From assembly GCA_964291655.2 (NCBI GenBank), contig OZ219802.1, forward strand, positions 2,048,001-2,112,000: 64,000 bases of DNA. The letters run 5' to 3'. Under the pieces are notes generated by a model, which worked only from the letters and a program-made list of their open reading frames with translations, was not told the DNA's origin and did not search any database. The position numbers were made by a program, and so were the translations under genes. Below, piece after piece: positions 1 to 9,416 of this stretch. Position 1 is the first letter of the stretch. Every line of letters begins with the position of its first letter. The stretch comes from Chloroflexota bacterium. Its GTDB lineage: Bacteria > Chloroflexota > UBA11872 > VXOZ01.

Positions 1-1299
1 GCCGTGAAACTTCTCGTCGTAGTTCTTCGGCGCGTAGACCGGAGAGCCCGGGATCGTGATGGCAAATGGCACGTCCCAAATCAGGGTTGCGGGAGTCCAG
101 CCTTTCTCGAACGCTGCCGCGTAGAAGACCGGCTTGATAGCTGAACCGGGTTGTCGCAATGACGTAGTGACGTTCACTTCCCCGTCAATGGTCTGGTCGC
201 CGTAGTCAACGCTGCCGAGCATGGCCAGAATTTCGCCGGTCTTGGGGTCCAGGGCGATCAGGGCGGCATTGCTGGCATTGTGTGCGGCAAGTTTCGTAAT
301 CTGTTCCCGCGCCGCCCGCTCTGCCAATCTTTGGTAGTCAAGATCGAGCGTGGTCGTGACGTTGAGGCCCCCTTCGTAGACCGTTTGAGAGCCGTACCGT
401 TCCTCGAGCAGCTTGCGCACGTAAAAGACGAAGTGGGGGGCGAGCAAGGGTTGGCCGCGCTGACTATACGTGGGCTCGTTGGCATACGTCTCGGCGGCTT
501 CAGCCTCAGTGATAAACTCGTTCTCGACCATCTGATTCAGCACGTAGAGCTGCCGCTCGCGAGCCCCTTCCTTATTCACGAACGGGTTCAAGCGGCTGGG
601 TGCTTGCACGATGCCGGCCAGCATCGTGGCTTCGGCAAGGGTGAGGTCCCGCGCCGGTTTATCAAAGTAAACGTTGGCGGCGGCTTCGATGCCATACGCC
701 AGGTTGCCAAATGCAATTCGGTTCAAGTAGAGGGCGAGAGTTTCATCCTTGTTAAGCTGCTGCGAGATTTGGTACGCAAGAATAATCTCCCTGAGCTTGC
801 GTTCAATGCTGAATTCAGGGGTAAGAAAGACTGCGCGTGCGAGTTGCTGAGTAATTGTGCTGCCGCCGCCCGCGTAGCGGCCCGTCACCACGCCGAGCAC
901 GGCGCGGGAAATGCCGCGAATATCGAACCCCGGATTGGAGTAGAAATTACGATCTTCTGCGGCGATTATGGCCTGCTTCATTACAAGCGGGATTTCTTCG
1001 AAGGAGAGGTTGGTGCGTTGCCCCTCAGTGGGGTTATTGATCGTGTAGAGCAGGATGCCGTTTCTATCGTAAATCTTGCTGCTCTCAGGCACAGGCCACC
1101 AATCGGGATCAGACGGATCGGGCAAGTCCTGCGTCAAATACACGTACACGATCCCGGCTGCGGCGCCCACGCTGGCGGTGGCAAAAAGCGTTAAGCCAAA
1201 GAAGGTCCCCGCCAGGACAAGCACGAAAGTGAAGGCGGAGAACGACCGTTTGCTATTCTGCCGTCGGCGGCGTCGCCGTGATAATGTTGGATTTGCCAA
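1..1299 (-). CDS. Class A penicillin-binding protein (PBP1A-type transglycosylase/transpeptidase), 3' end runs off the window
   Basis: Manual translation (not in ORF track): TTG start with GAGGA RBS, MANPTLSRRRRR + TM helix, SKIYDRNG, GT51 motifs EDRNFY, GGSTITQQLAR, RKLREIILA, LYLN, and transpeptidase SxxK in RQPGSAIKP. Confidence 0.93.
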   Translation of the reverse strand, partial: MANPTLSRRRRRRQNSKRSFSAFTFVLVLAGTFFGLTLFATASVGAAAGIVYVYLTQDLPDPSDPDWWPVPESSKIYDRNGILLYTINNPTEGQRTNLSFEEIPLVMKQAIIAAEDRNFYSNPGFDIRGISRAVLGVVTGRYAGGGSTITQQLARAVFLTPEFSIERKLREIILAYQISQQLNKDETLALYLNRIAFGNLAYGIEAAANVYFDKPARDLTLAEATMLAGIVQAPSRLNPFVNKEGARERQLYVLNQMVENEFITEAEAAETYANEPTYSQRGQPLLAPHFVFYVRKLLEERYGSQTVYEGGLNVTTTLDLDYQRLAERAAREQITKLAAHNASNAALIALDPKTGEILAMLGSVDYGDQTIDGEVNVTTSLRQPGSAIKPVFYAAAFEKGWTPATLIWDVPFAITIPGSPVYAPKNYDEKFHG

Positions 1300-1527
1300 G
1301 GGTTCGGGTCCTCGTTCTTGTGCGCTCTATCAGTCCTTTAACTGTACCATTGGCGCTCGTGTGTGTGGCCGGGGCAAGACGCAAAAAATGCGCGGTGCCT
1401 AATGCATCCGCGCACATTCAATGCAGTCAGAAGGATGGGGAAAGTGTCTCAACGAGTGCAGGCAGACCCACCACATTACTGCGAATTGTCGTATATTGCG
1501 GCGGGGCCTAAGCGAATTCAGCTGCCA

Positions 1528-2754
1528 CTAACGCAACCAGTTGTTCGGGTTCTTGGGGATGTTGTCCAGGCGGATTTCAAAATGGAGATGCGGGCCGCTG
1601 GTGAAACCGGTCATGCCGACAAAACCGATAGGCTGACCTCTTTGGACGGGATCCCCCTCTTTCACCGGTAGCGCCCGCGAGTCGTCCAGGTGCGCATAGA
1701 GCGACGCTTCGTGCCAACTATGCTGGACGATGACCATCATGCCGTACGAACTCCAGGGGTTGCCAGGTATCGCATAGCCGACCTTGATAACCCGGCCGGC
1801 TTGACTGGCGTGCACCGGCGAAAGACGCCCCGCCGCATAATCTATGCCCGTGTGGAAACTCTGCAGCCACGTGCGCACGCCGTAGGCGGCGCTAATGTAC
1901 CCAGCGGCCGGGCGGCGCCAACCATTCGGCGCTTCCTGCGGGAGCTCAAAGTGTCCTGATCGCAGTCGCTCCTTCGCCGCTTCGATATCCGCCTGTATGG
2001 CTAAATTCTCTGCTTCTCTGCGGGCAATCTCTTCCCGCAACGACGCATTCTGCTGCGTTGCGCTACTGGCGCGCTGCTCTGCGTTGGCAAGCAGTGATTC
2101 TCTTTCGGCCTTTAGGCTCTCTAGTTGCGCCTGCTGATATTCACGCTGCAGCTTCAATTGGTCGACTTCCGCGTGCTTCTGCACGAGTGTCGCGTGTTTG
2201 GAGTCTAACTCCGCTTTGCGCTCCTGCGTGGCACGGATATGGCGAACGTCATCGCCCAGGATACGCTGGAAGATGGTGATGCGATTAATCGCTTCGGAAA
2301 AGCTGGAGGCGGTGAGAATGACTTCAAGCGGGGAAACTCGGCTCAGTTTGTAGAGCGCACGCAGGCGACCGCTCGCGATCTCTTGTTCGTCGGCAAGAAT
2401 AGCCTCTTGAAGGGCAATGTCTTGCGTAAGGCTGTGGATTTCAATCTGAAGGCGATCAATCTGGAATTGGGTCTCGTTTACTTCCGCAACCTTCGCAAAC
2501 AGCTCATTCTCAACGTCCTGGAGATTGGCGATCGCAGCGGCTTGCACCCGTTGCGTCCGCACCACTTCCTGCTGCGCCTGCTCCTGTCTGCTCTTCAACT
2601 GCTGCAGATTCTGTTCATTCTGCTGCAGTTCATCTTCCAGATGATCGAGGAAGTCACTGCCAAAGGAATTGCCTGAATCTTCTGCGGCGAATATAGCTTT
2701 AGGTGTCGCCGCGAGCAAGGCGAGCAATGACCCAAGTACACTACGTCGTCGCAT
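1528..2754 (-). CDS. EnvC/PcsB-like coiled-coil murein hydrolase with M23 peptidase domain
   Basis: Signal peptide (MRRRSVL..), long coiled coil, M23 Zn motifs HTGID and HLH intact; lies downstream of ftsEX. Confidence 0.9.
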   Translation of the reverse strand: MRRRSVLGSLLALLAATPKAIFAAEDSGNSFGSDFLDHLEDELQQNEQNLQQLKSRQEQAQQEVVRTQRVQAAAIANLQDVENELFAKVAEVNETQFQIDRLQIEIHSLTQDIALQEAILADEQEIASGRLRALYKLSRVSPLEVILTASSFSEAINRITIFQRILGDDVRHIRATQERKAELDSKHATLVQKHAEVDQLKLQREYQQAQLESLKAERESLLANAEQRASSATQQNASLREEIARREAENLAIQADIEAAKERLRSGHFELPQEAPNGWRRPAAGYISAAYGVRTWLQSFHTGIDYAAGRLSPVHASQAGRVIKVGYAIPGNPWSSYGMMVIVQHSWHEASLYAHLDDSRALPVKEGDPVQRGQPIGFVGMTGFTSGPHLHFEIRLDNIPKNPNNWLR

Positions 2755-2759
2755 CTAAC

Positions 2760-3443
2760 TCAGTTCTCCTGGAACTTGCCGATTTGTACATCACGTACAA
2801 CTCGACCGCTATCCAACGCTACCACACGACGGGAGAATCCATCAACTACATCTCTATCGTGCGTTGCCACAATTGTAGTAATGCCAAGCTGATTGACCTG
2901 CATGAGTAAAGAGGTAATTTCCCACGCAGCCTCCGGTGAGAGACTGGCCGTGGGTTCATCGGCGATAAAGACTTCCGGGCGATGCACGATTGCCCGCGCA
3001 ATTGCCGCTTTGCGCTGTTCGCCGCCGGAGATTTGCCCGGGGAGGAACGCTGCCCGGTGCTGGAGCCCCACAAGCTCAAGCGCATCTGCCGCGCTGGTGC
3101 GGGCGCGCTTTCCGGTACACCCCTGAACCTGCATTGCCAACGCCACGTTCTCAGCCACGGTCTTTCCGGGAAAGAGCTTCAGGTCCTGAAAGACGATACC
3201 AAAGCGGCGGCGCAATAGAGGGATCTCAGAATCCTTCATCATGGCAAGGTCTTGGCCCCCAACGAGCACCACGCCGGATGAGGCTTGGTCGGCGCGCACG
3301 AGCAGGCTAAGTAAGGTGGTCTTGCCGGCGCCGTTGTGCCCAACAAGAAAGACAAAGTCGCCCTTGGGAACGCTCAAGGTGACGTCGTCGAGCGCGGTGA
3401 CGCGGAAATCATAGACTTTGGAGACGTTGCGCAGAACTATCAT
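2760..3443 (-). CDS. ftsE: Second FtsE-like ABC ATPase
   Basis: MIVLRNVSKVY start, Walker A GHNGAGKT, VFQD, ISGGEQ, ADEPT, ATHD; paralogous to 4388-5077. Confidence 0.82.
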   Translation of the reverse strand: MIVLRNVSKVYDFRVTALDDVTLSVPKGDFVFLVGHNGAGKTTLLSLLVRADQASSGVVLVGGQDLAMMKDSEIPLLRRRFGIVFQDLKLFPGKTVAENVALAMQVQGCTGKRARTSAADALELVGLQHRAAFLPGQISGGEQRKAAIARAIVHRPEVFIADEPTASLSPEAAWEITSLLMQVNQLGITTIVATHDRDVVDGFSRRVVALDSGRVVRDVQIGKFQEN

Positions 3444-3513
3444 GGAATGCTGGATTGTGTTGTTGGTAGAGACGCGGAGGCAACTTGATGGTAAGACAAG
3501 AAAGGCTACAGCC

Positions 3514-4401
3514 CTAAGCGGCCAGGAACCGTCGCACAGAGAGATAACTCCCCAAACCGCCAATGGCGATGCCAAAGAGAGTCAAGATTAAGAATAGACG
3601 AATAAGGTACGTTGTGTCAAATGATACGGGGAAAAAGCTGATCAACTGCTGTAGCAATCCGTGCACCCAAATATACGCGATACCGACCACAATGGAGGAA
3701 AACAGCGCGCCAATGAGGCCAAATAGGACGCCTTCCAGCAAGAACGGCCAGCGGATGAAGTGATCGGATGCGCCCATTAGCCGCAGCACTTCAATTTCCC
3801 CGCGCCGCGCATAGACAGTCAGCCGAATGGCGCTTCCGATTACGAAAAGAGTCACTAAGACGAGACCGGCTCCGAGCGTGTAGCCAAGAAAGCTTGCGAC
3901 CCGGCTGATTTGTAAAAGAATCTTGACCACATCCTGAGGTAGAACGACGTCTTCCACGATCGGATCTTCTTCGAGAAAACTCGCTTGCAATTGGAGGAAC
4001 TCGGCCTCATTTGAGCGTACCTCCAAGCTGGCAGGCAGTGGGTTGTCGAGCAAGGGCTGCAAAAGGTCAGGATCCTCCCGAAATGAGGCTCTTAGTCGAT
4101 CCAATGCCTCTTCTTTGGTGACGTATTCCACCGTAGTGGTGCGAGGATCATCGAGCAACTGCTGCCGCAGCGCCAAAACATCCGATGGCGGCGCGTCATC
4201 CTCCAGGTAGACGATAAGGTTTACTTGCTCCTCCATGCTGGCAATCATGACAGACAGCGCATTCTCAACGATGAGAAACATGCCAAGTGTGGTCATCATC
4301 AACGAGACTATCAGCACAGTAATGATCGACATTGTCCGATGACGCCAGGCGTTTACGACTGCGCTGCCAAACACCGTGGCCGTGTAGCTAAGACCGGCCA
4401 T
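3514..4401 (-). CDS. ftsX: Cell division permease FtsX
   Basis: 4 TM segments with large extracytoplasmic loop, NPLPASLEV, ARRGEIEVLRLMGASDHFIRWPFLLEG; overlaps ftsE. Confidence 0.95.
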   Translation of the reverse strand: MAGLSYTATVFGSAVVNAWRHRTMSIITVLIVSLMMTTLGMFLIVENALSVMIASMEEQVNLIVYLEDDAPPSDVLALRQQLLDDPRTTTVEYVTKEEALDRLRASFREDPDLLQPLLDNPLPASLEVRSNEAEFLQLQASFLEEDPIVEDVVLPQDVVKILLQISRVASFLGYTLGAGLVLVTLFVIGSAIRLTVYARRGEIEVLRLMGASDHFIRWPFLLEGVLFGLIGALFSSIVVGIAYIWVHGLLQQLISFFPVSFDTTYLIRLFLILTLFGIAIGGLGSYLSVRRFLAA

Positions 4402-5077
4402 ACTGGTATGTGCCTCTCAATTCGTCCCGTACAATTTCTCCCCGGACCAGTTCCACAACCCGGAGACGCGCTCGATTGACCATCTCTTTATCGTGGGTGG
4501 CCATGACTACCGTAGTTCCCAGCCCGTTTATGCGCATCAGCAAGTCAACGATTTCGGCGGAGGTCACAGGATCCAGATTGCCGGTTGGCTCATCTGCTAT
4601 CAGCACGTCGGGTTTGCGGACCACTGCGCGCGCAATGGCAACACGCTGCTGTTCCCCGCCGGACAACGTAAGAGGGAAGTTCTCGGCAAAAGGAGTCAAC
4701 CCCACCAACTCCAACGCCTCCGGCACGAGTTCATCGATCTTTCGCTGGGGGTGGTGGGCCACGCGCAACGCCATGGCAACGTTTTCGGTCACCGTCTTGT
4801 TCGGCAGTAGCCGAAAGTCCTGGAAAATAATGCTCACCTTGCGCCGATAGTGGGCGAGATGGCGTTTAGAGAGTTGCAGCACGTTGTGTCCGGCGACGAT
4901 AACCGCGCCCGTGGAGGGAAGCTCTTCACGGATCAGCAGCCGGACCAACGTGGACTTGCCGGCGCCGCTTACACCAACGAGGAATACAAACTCTTGCCGC
5001 GGGACCTCCAGGTTGATGTCTCTAAGCGCGTGGATACCGTTGGCATAAACTTTGGAGACGTTCTGCAAGAGAATCAT
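4388..5077 (-). CDS. ftsE: Cell division ATP-binding protein FtsE
   Basis: GVSGAGKS, IFQDFRLL, LSGGEQQRV, ADEPTGNLDP, MATHD. Confidence 0.95.
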   Translation of the reverse strand: MILLQNVSKVYANGIHALRDINLEVPRQEFVFLVGVSGAGKSTLVRLLIREELPSTGAVIVAGHNVLQLSKRHLAHYRRKVSIIFQDFRLLPNKTVTENVAMALRVAHHPQRKIDELVPEALELVGLTPFAENFPLTLSGGEQQRVAIARAVVRKPDVLIADEPTGNLDPVTSAEIVDLLMRINGLGTTVVMATHDKEMVNRARLRVVELVRGEIVRDELRGTYQYGRS

Positions 5078-5347
5078 GGCCGCTCTGTCAGCTTTGCACG
5101 GGCTAGATTCCTAGCGCCTGCGTAGCGGGGGGTGGAGATAGTCGTGATCGCAAAGTGATTCCATTCCTATTATACGACGTATGCCCAGATTAGCGCATGT
5201 AGCCGCTGGGAGTGCTGAAGGGTGTAGACCGGCACAGCGCTCTGGAGCGCGCATTTGACCGGCCAGGGTAGAGCTACCTCATCAGAATGCGGAGAGGGTC
5301 GAAAGCCATAGGCTTGTCTTGGCGCATCGCTGCAAAATCCACCCGGC

Positions 5348-6547
5348 CTACGCTGTTGGCGAAGATCGTACTGCCATCCGGGTGCGGTACTTACCGCCCT
5401 GCCGCATGAGCCACATGTAAAGGATGGTCAGGGCGAACGGCGCCAACGGCATCAACATGAGCGCGTTGAACGCGGCGGGCAGTCCGAAGCCGTCCGCGAA
5501 GAGCCCCACGAACGGCGTGCCCATGCCGCTGATGCCCCAAGCAAATCCGACCATCATGCCTGATGCCATTGCTCTTTGATTTGGCAGGAGTTCATGACTC
5601 ATCACCACGGTAACGGCGAACGTGGAGACGGTAAATGCGCCAATGAATACCAGCATCAAGGGCAGCCAAAATCCATCGGTATGCAAGAAGACGTAAACGA
5701 ACAGCGGTACGGGTAGGAGCGACCAGAGGAGCAGGCCCTCTTTGCTCGTGCGGTCGGCCACGTAGCCGCCAATAAGCGTGCCTATCGCACCGCTAAAGAG
5801 CAGGAAGGGCAGGAGCCCCGCCGCCGCCTCGGGTACCGTCATACCGAGTTCTGCGACGGCATAGAGTGGAATGAACGTGCCCAGGCTTACCCAGAAGAAG
5901 GAGCGGAGAATGACGATAACCAGCAAGAGGATGAAGGGTGTCAGAATCGGTCGAATGTCGAGAAGAGCGGCTTTCAGGTCCGGCGGCGCTAACTCGGTGC
6001 CGGTCTCAATTCGCGGCAGCAGCCGCCAGAGCACCAGCGCCATCAGAACACCCGGCAGCAACATGAGCATGAGTCCGCGCTGCGCCTGCCAGGCAAAGAG
6101 CACGGCGACGACTACCGGTCCCGCGGCGACGCCAATGTTGCCGCCAACAGAGAATATCGAGGTGCCGGTGCTCTGCCGGTCGCCGCTGTAGTGGCCGGCC
6201 GCCTTGTAGCCCTCGGGATGGTAAGCGGCGATGCCCAAGCCGCCGATGGCGACCGCGATAAGTACGAGCCCATACACTGGGGCCTGCGTGGCAACGGTGA
6301 CGCCAACAGCGGCGACGAGCGGTGAGAGGGGGAGTACCAGCTTCCCATTGATGCGATCGCTCACGTAGCCGAGAACCGGCTGGACTGCGCTGGCGGAAAA
6401 GCTGTGCGCTGCCGAGACGAGCGACACGGCAAAATAGGAGAGACCGAACGTGCTCACAAAAATAGGGAGCATGGCGGGCAGCATTCCGCCATAGATATCT
6501 GCAACCACGTGCCCTAGGCTCAGCGTCAGGAGCATGGGCGTATTCAT
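5348..6547 (-). CDS. MFS transporter, Fsr (fosmidomycin resistance)-like
   Basis: About 12 TM, QPVLGYVSDR, AYHPEG, FSVGGNIG motifs; start could be TTG at 6565. Confidence 0.85.
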   Translation of the reverse strand: MNTPMLLTLSLGHVVADIYGGMLPAMLPIFVSTFGLSYFAVSLVSAAHSFSASAVQPVLGYVSDRINGKLVLPLSPLVAAVGVTVATQAPVYGLVLIAVAIGGLGIAAYHPEGYKAAGHYSGDRQSTGTSIFSVGGNIGVAAGPVVVAVLFAWQAQRGLMLMLLPGVLMALVLWRLLPRIETGTELAPPDLKAALLDIRPILTPFILLLVIVILRSFFWVSLGTFIPLYAVAELGMTVPEAAAGLLPFLLFSGAIGTLIGGYVADRTSKEGLLLWSLLPVPLFVYVFLHTDGFWLPLMLVFIGAFTVSTFAVTVVMSHELLPNQRAMASGMMVGFAWGISGMGTPFVGLFADGFGLPAAFNALMLMPLAPFALTILYMWLMRQGGKYRTRMAVRSSPTA

Positions 6548-7165
6548 GCGACGCTTGGTTTTCAACGTGGCACGCGCTTCTTCAGGCCAAAATCTTCGAT
6601 TGCGGTCTCTTCCTCGTGTTGAAGTAACGCGATAGCTGCGGCAATTGCCATGAAAATAAGCGATTCATTCCGTTCGCCCCCGCATCGTGTCGATGCGCTG
6701 TATCGTGCGATGCGCGGTATCGAGTACGGGGCAGGCTCTGAGCCTGCCTGTCCTGAGTACTTCGACAAGCTCAGTACAGGCTTTGCCGAAGGGTTGAAGG
6801 GTCTTAGAGTGAATGGCGTGACGAGTGACAGACTCCTTATCCCACCCGAAACCTCTCCATTTTCATACTCTTTTGTGGCCTTGGCAAGGCCAGGGTAATC
6901 ACTCTGAAGAGTAAATGGTCTAGGCAGATTCGTTCCGGTAGCGCAGGTTTGCAACCTGCGTCTGCGGTTCATCATTCCCGCGCAATCGGGAGCATAACTG
7001 GTCGGCCCTACACTCGGGCCCCATATCGGCACGATACGGGGGTGAGGGTGAGTTGCTCAGCATGCAAGCCGTTGCTTAAACGTCTTTGGCCTTAGACTGT
7101 ATTGACTGCACATGTTATGCAATTAGTAAAGTAAGACCACCCCTCACCCCGACCCTCTCCCTGGG

Positions 7166-7304
7166 GAGATCTTTGCGTAACGCCGTCATTCCGGCGCAAG
7201 CCGGAATCCAGAGCGCTTTTACAACTAAAGACAGCATGGTGTCAAGCCATTACACCTCCGTCCCAGCCTTCCTGCTCAAGAGCGAAGGGTTATGCAAAGG
7301 TCTC
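7166..7304. mobile_element. 139-bp MITE with GAGA(C/T)CTTTGC..GCAAAGGTCTC ends (copy 1)
   Basis: Terminal inverted repeats; same length and similar sequence as 23479-23617; follows a CCCTCACCCCGACCCTCTCCC palindrome arm. Confidence 0.8.
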
Positions 7305-7514
7305 CTTGTGAGAGGAGGCAACACACTTTCCACAGGGTCTCATTTCGCAAGGGTCTTCTCTAGGGAGAAGTGTTTCAGCAGGAGCGATTACGGGCTCACT
7401 CTGGATGCTCGCAATCAAACGAAAAGCCACACCAGCAGGACGGTGTGGCTCGGGACGCGCCCGCAGGGTTGCAAACCTGCGCTACCGACGCTTTGGCAGG
7501 GTCAAAGGACGCGC

Positions 7515-7784
7515 TTACTCGCGGTAGTCCGTTTCGGTCAGCTCGTCCACGCGGACGATCTTGTCAATCTTGGCGCTCACCGCGTCGCGGGCCTCGATCA
7601 CGGCCTCTTCGCTTTCAGCTTCGTACAGGCAGTAACACTTGCTCATGTCATCGGAAAGATAGGTGCTTATCCAGTCGCAATTGGGTAACTGCGCATAGAT
7701 ATCCAGCGACTTCTTCTTGTTGTTGTCATACTTGTCGCGGGTAAGCTCCGGCGGCAGATTCCACTCGACAAGAAACTTGGGCAT
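7515..7784 (-). CDS. DUF4242-type small protein
   Basis: MPKFLVEWNLP..WISTYLSDD..CYCLYEAESEEAV pattern; GGAG RBS. Confidence 0.7.
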   Translation of the reverse strand: MPKFLVEWNLPPELTRDKYDNNKKKSLDIYAQLPNCDWISTYLSDDMSKCYCLYEAESEEAVIEARDAVSAKIDKIVRVDELTETDYRE

Positions 7785-7909
7785 TAGCGGTGCTCCGTTT
7801 TGATTGTTGAGATTCCAACTTGCTTTTATTTAGCAGGAGAGACGCACATTTGTCAAACTAAACCGATTCAGGAATGAATCGGCTCAGGCCACAAGATCTT
7901 CATTGGTTG

Positions 7910-8128
7910 CTATGGTATAGACTGAATTGCACCGATGAGAACACCGCCCCACACTGCTATAGCTATCCACTTGATACGATTGGCCTTCGAGTTGGCAAGT
8001 TCGCTCTTGATTTCCCCTTTTGGGTCAACCGGGTCTGCTCCTATAGCAAAGTGGACATTGGCGCTTTCAAGACTGCTGGCTGCGTCCGTAGGACGACTGA
8101 GCCGATCCTCGGTCCTTGTCATCGTCAC
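7910..8128 (-). CDS. Small protein with C-terminal TM, divergent relative of 8139-8315
   Basis: TEDRLSR N-terminus and KWIAIAVWGGVLIGAI TM tail; directly follows its paralog. Confidence 0.5.
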   Translation of the reverse strand: MTMTRTEDRLSRPTDAASSLESANVHFAIGADPVDPKGEIKSELANSKANRIKWIAIAVWGGVLIGAIQSIP

Positions 8129-8138
8129 GCGCGCTCAT

Positions 8139-8315
8139 TTAGGCCGGTATGATATCGAACACTCTCGCTAATATCGCAATCTGGAGAGCGAAAAGGACAC
8201 CAATAGCCCATGTGAGCTTGTCGACCTTGCCATGAATTGCAGCAATATCGGCCTTGGTAGCAAGGTGCTCATAACCGCCCTCGATTCGCGCTAAACGCTC
8301 TTCTGTGCTCGCCAT
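8139..8315 (-). CDS. Small coiled-coil + TM protein (LATKAD motif, DUF1640/CCDC90-like)
   Basis: MASTEERLARIEGGYEHLATKADI..TM; paralog at 50630-50815; AAGG RBS. Confidence 0.75.
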   Translation of the reverse strand: MASTEERLARIEGGYEHLATKADIAAIHGKVDKLTWAIGVLFALQIAILARVFDIIPA

Positions 8316-8469
8316 TCCGCCTTTTCCTTTCCAATGCTCTACGCTTTCAGTATACACCCTGTGACAAGTACAATCGTATCAGAAAATAGCGGATTTAGAC
8401 TATGGGGGTCTTCCTAAAGCGATCCCGGTGGTCTATTGACAGGCGAGATGTGGCAGTGGCGCACGGAGC

Positions 8470-8544
8470 AAAAAACTTTCCCTTTAGCTAGCCGAGTGGA
8501 AAGATTGAGGCCGACGCCACACTCTTGGTGCGCGCGTCGGCCTC
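8470..8544 (-). terminator. Probable terminator hairpins downstream of rplA
   Basis: 11-bp stem GAGGCCGACGC/GCGTCGGCCTC (8507-8544), then a CTTTCC..GGAAAG stem with a T-run on the minus strand (8470-8503). Confidence 0.55.
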
Positions 8545-8701
8545 TTTATCCGAACCCAACCACACCTTGACTTGCCTCACCGTGCCACGCACTTGCAGAG
8601 CATCACTACCCGGGGAAGAGCTAAACGGTGAACAGTGCCTCGTCAGCTTTTTACCAGGGGATTGGCAATATCTCAAGTTCGCGTTCTTGACTAAGTCAGG
8701 C

Positions 8702-9415
8702 CTAGGCGGCAGTCGCCAGCAATTGCTGCATCTGCGCGGGATCGAGCTTGATGGAAGGACCCATGGTAGCGCACAGGTGGATGGAGCGGACGTACGTACC
8801 TTTGGTATTCTCCGGCTTGGCCTGCATCACTGCCGAGTAGAGTGAGGTCAGGTTGGCCAGCAAATCCTCCACGGTGAATGATGCTTTGCCGATGGGGACG
8901 TGCAGGTTGGCGGTGCGGTCGACGCGGAATTCCACACGGCCGGCTTTGGCTTCTCCCACGGCGCGGCCGATGTCGAACGTCACGGTACCGGCCCGGTTAT
9001 TGGGCATCAGGCCGCGAGGGCCCAGAATGCGTCCCAGTCGGCCCACGGCGCTCATCATATCCGGTGCGGAGATTGCCACGTCGAAGTCCAGCCAGCCGCC
9101 TTCGATCTTCTTGGCAAGCTCGGCGCCGCCGACGAAGTCAGCGCCGGCTTCTTCCGCCTCGCGCACCTTTTCACCTTGCGCAAAGACGAGCACGCGCTGT
9201 GCTTTGCCGAGTCCGGCGGGCAGCACCACAGAACCGCGCACGGCCTGCTCCGCTTGGCGTGGGTCCACGCCCAGGAGGGCGTGCAATTCGATGGTGGCGT
9301 CAAAATTGGTGGTAGCCGTCTCCTTGGCGATCTCGAACGCAGTTTGGGGATCGTAGAGCCGACCCTCTTCGATGCGTTCCAGTGCCTGACGATATTTCTT
9401 GCCGCGCTTTGCCAT
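8702..9415 (-). CDS. rplA: 50S ribosomal protein L1
   Basis: MAKRGKKY, LGPRGLMPN, GRVEFRVD, TMGPSIK. Confidence 0.99.
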   Translation of the reverse strand: MAKRGKKYRQALERIEEGRLYDPQTAFEIAKETATTNFDATIELHALLGVDPRQAEQAVRGSVVLPAGLGKAQRVLVFAQGEKVREAEEAGADFVGGAELAKKIEGGWLDFDVAISAPDMMSAVGRLGRILGPRGLMPNNRAGTVTFDIGRAVGEAKAGRVEFRVDRTANLHVPIGKASFTVEDLLANLTSLYSAVMQAKPENTKGTYVRSIHLCATMGPSIKLDPAQMQQLLATAA

Positions 9416-9416
9416 G

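Noticed and set aside
280-1194. 304-aa plus-strand ORF and other long antisense ORFs (e.g. 19330-21057, 28383-29561, 37702-38664, 53698-54948, 61909-63507)
   Set aside because: Shadows of well-supported opposite-strand genes in high-GC DNA
6562-7688. ORFs 6562-7032 and 7086-7688
   Set aside because: Largely translations of REP/MITE sequence or antisense to the DUF4242 gene; the AIAAAIA segment is too short to assign
8560-8680. L10 leader or hammerhead ribozyme after rplA
   Set aside because: No L10-leader consensus and no rplJ; CTGACGAG lacks a properly placed GAAA core and stems
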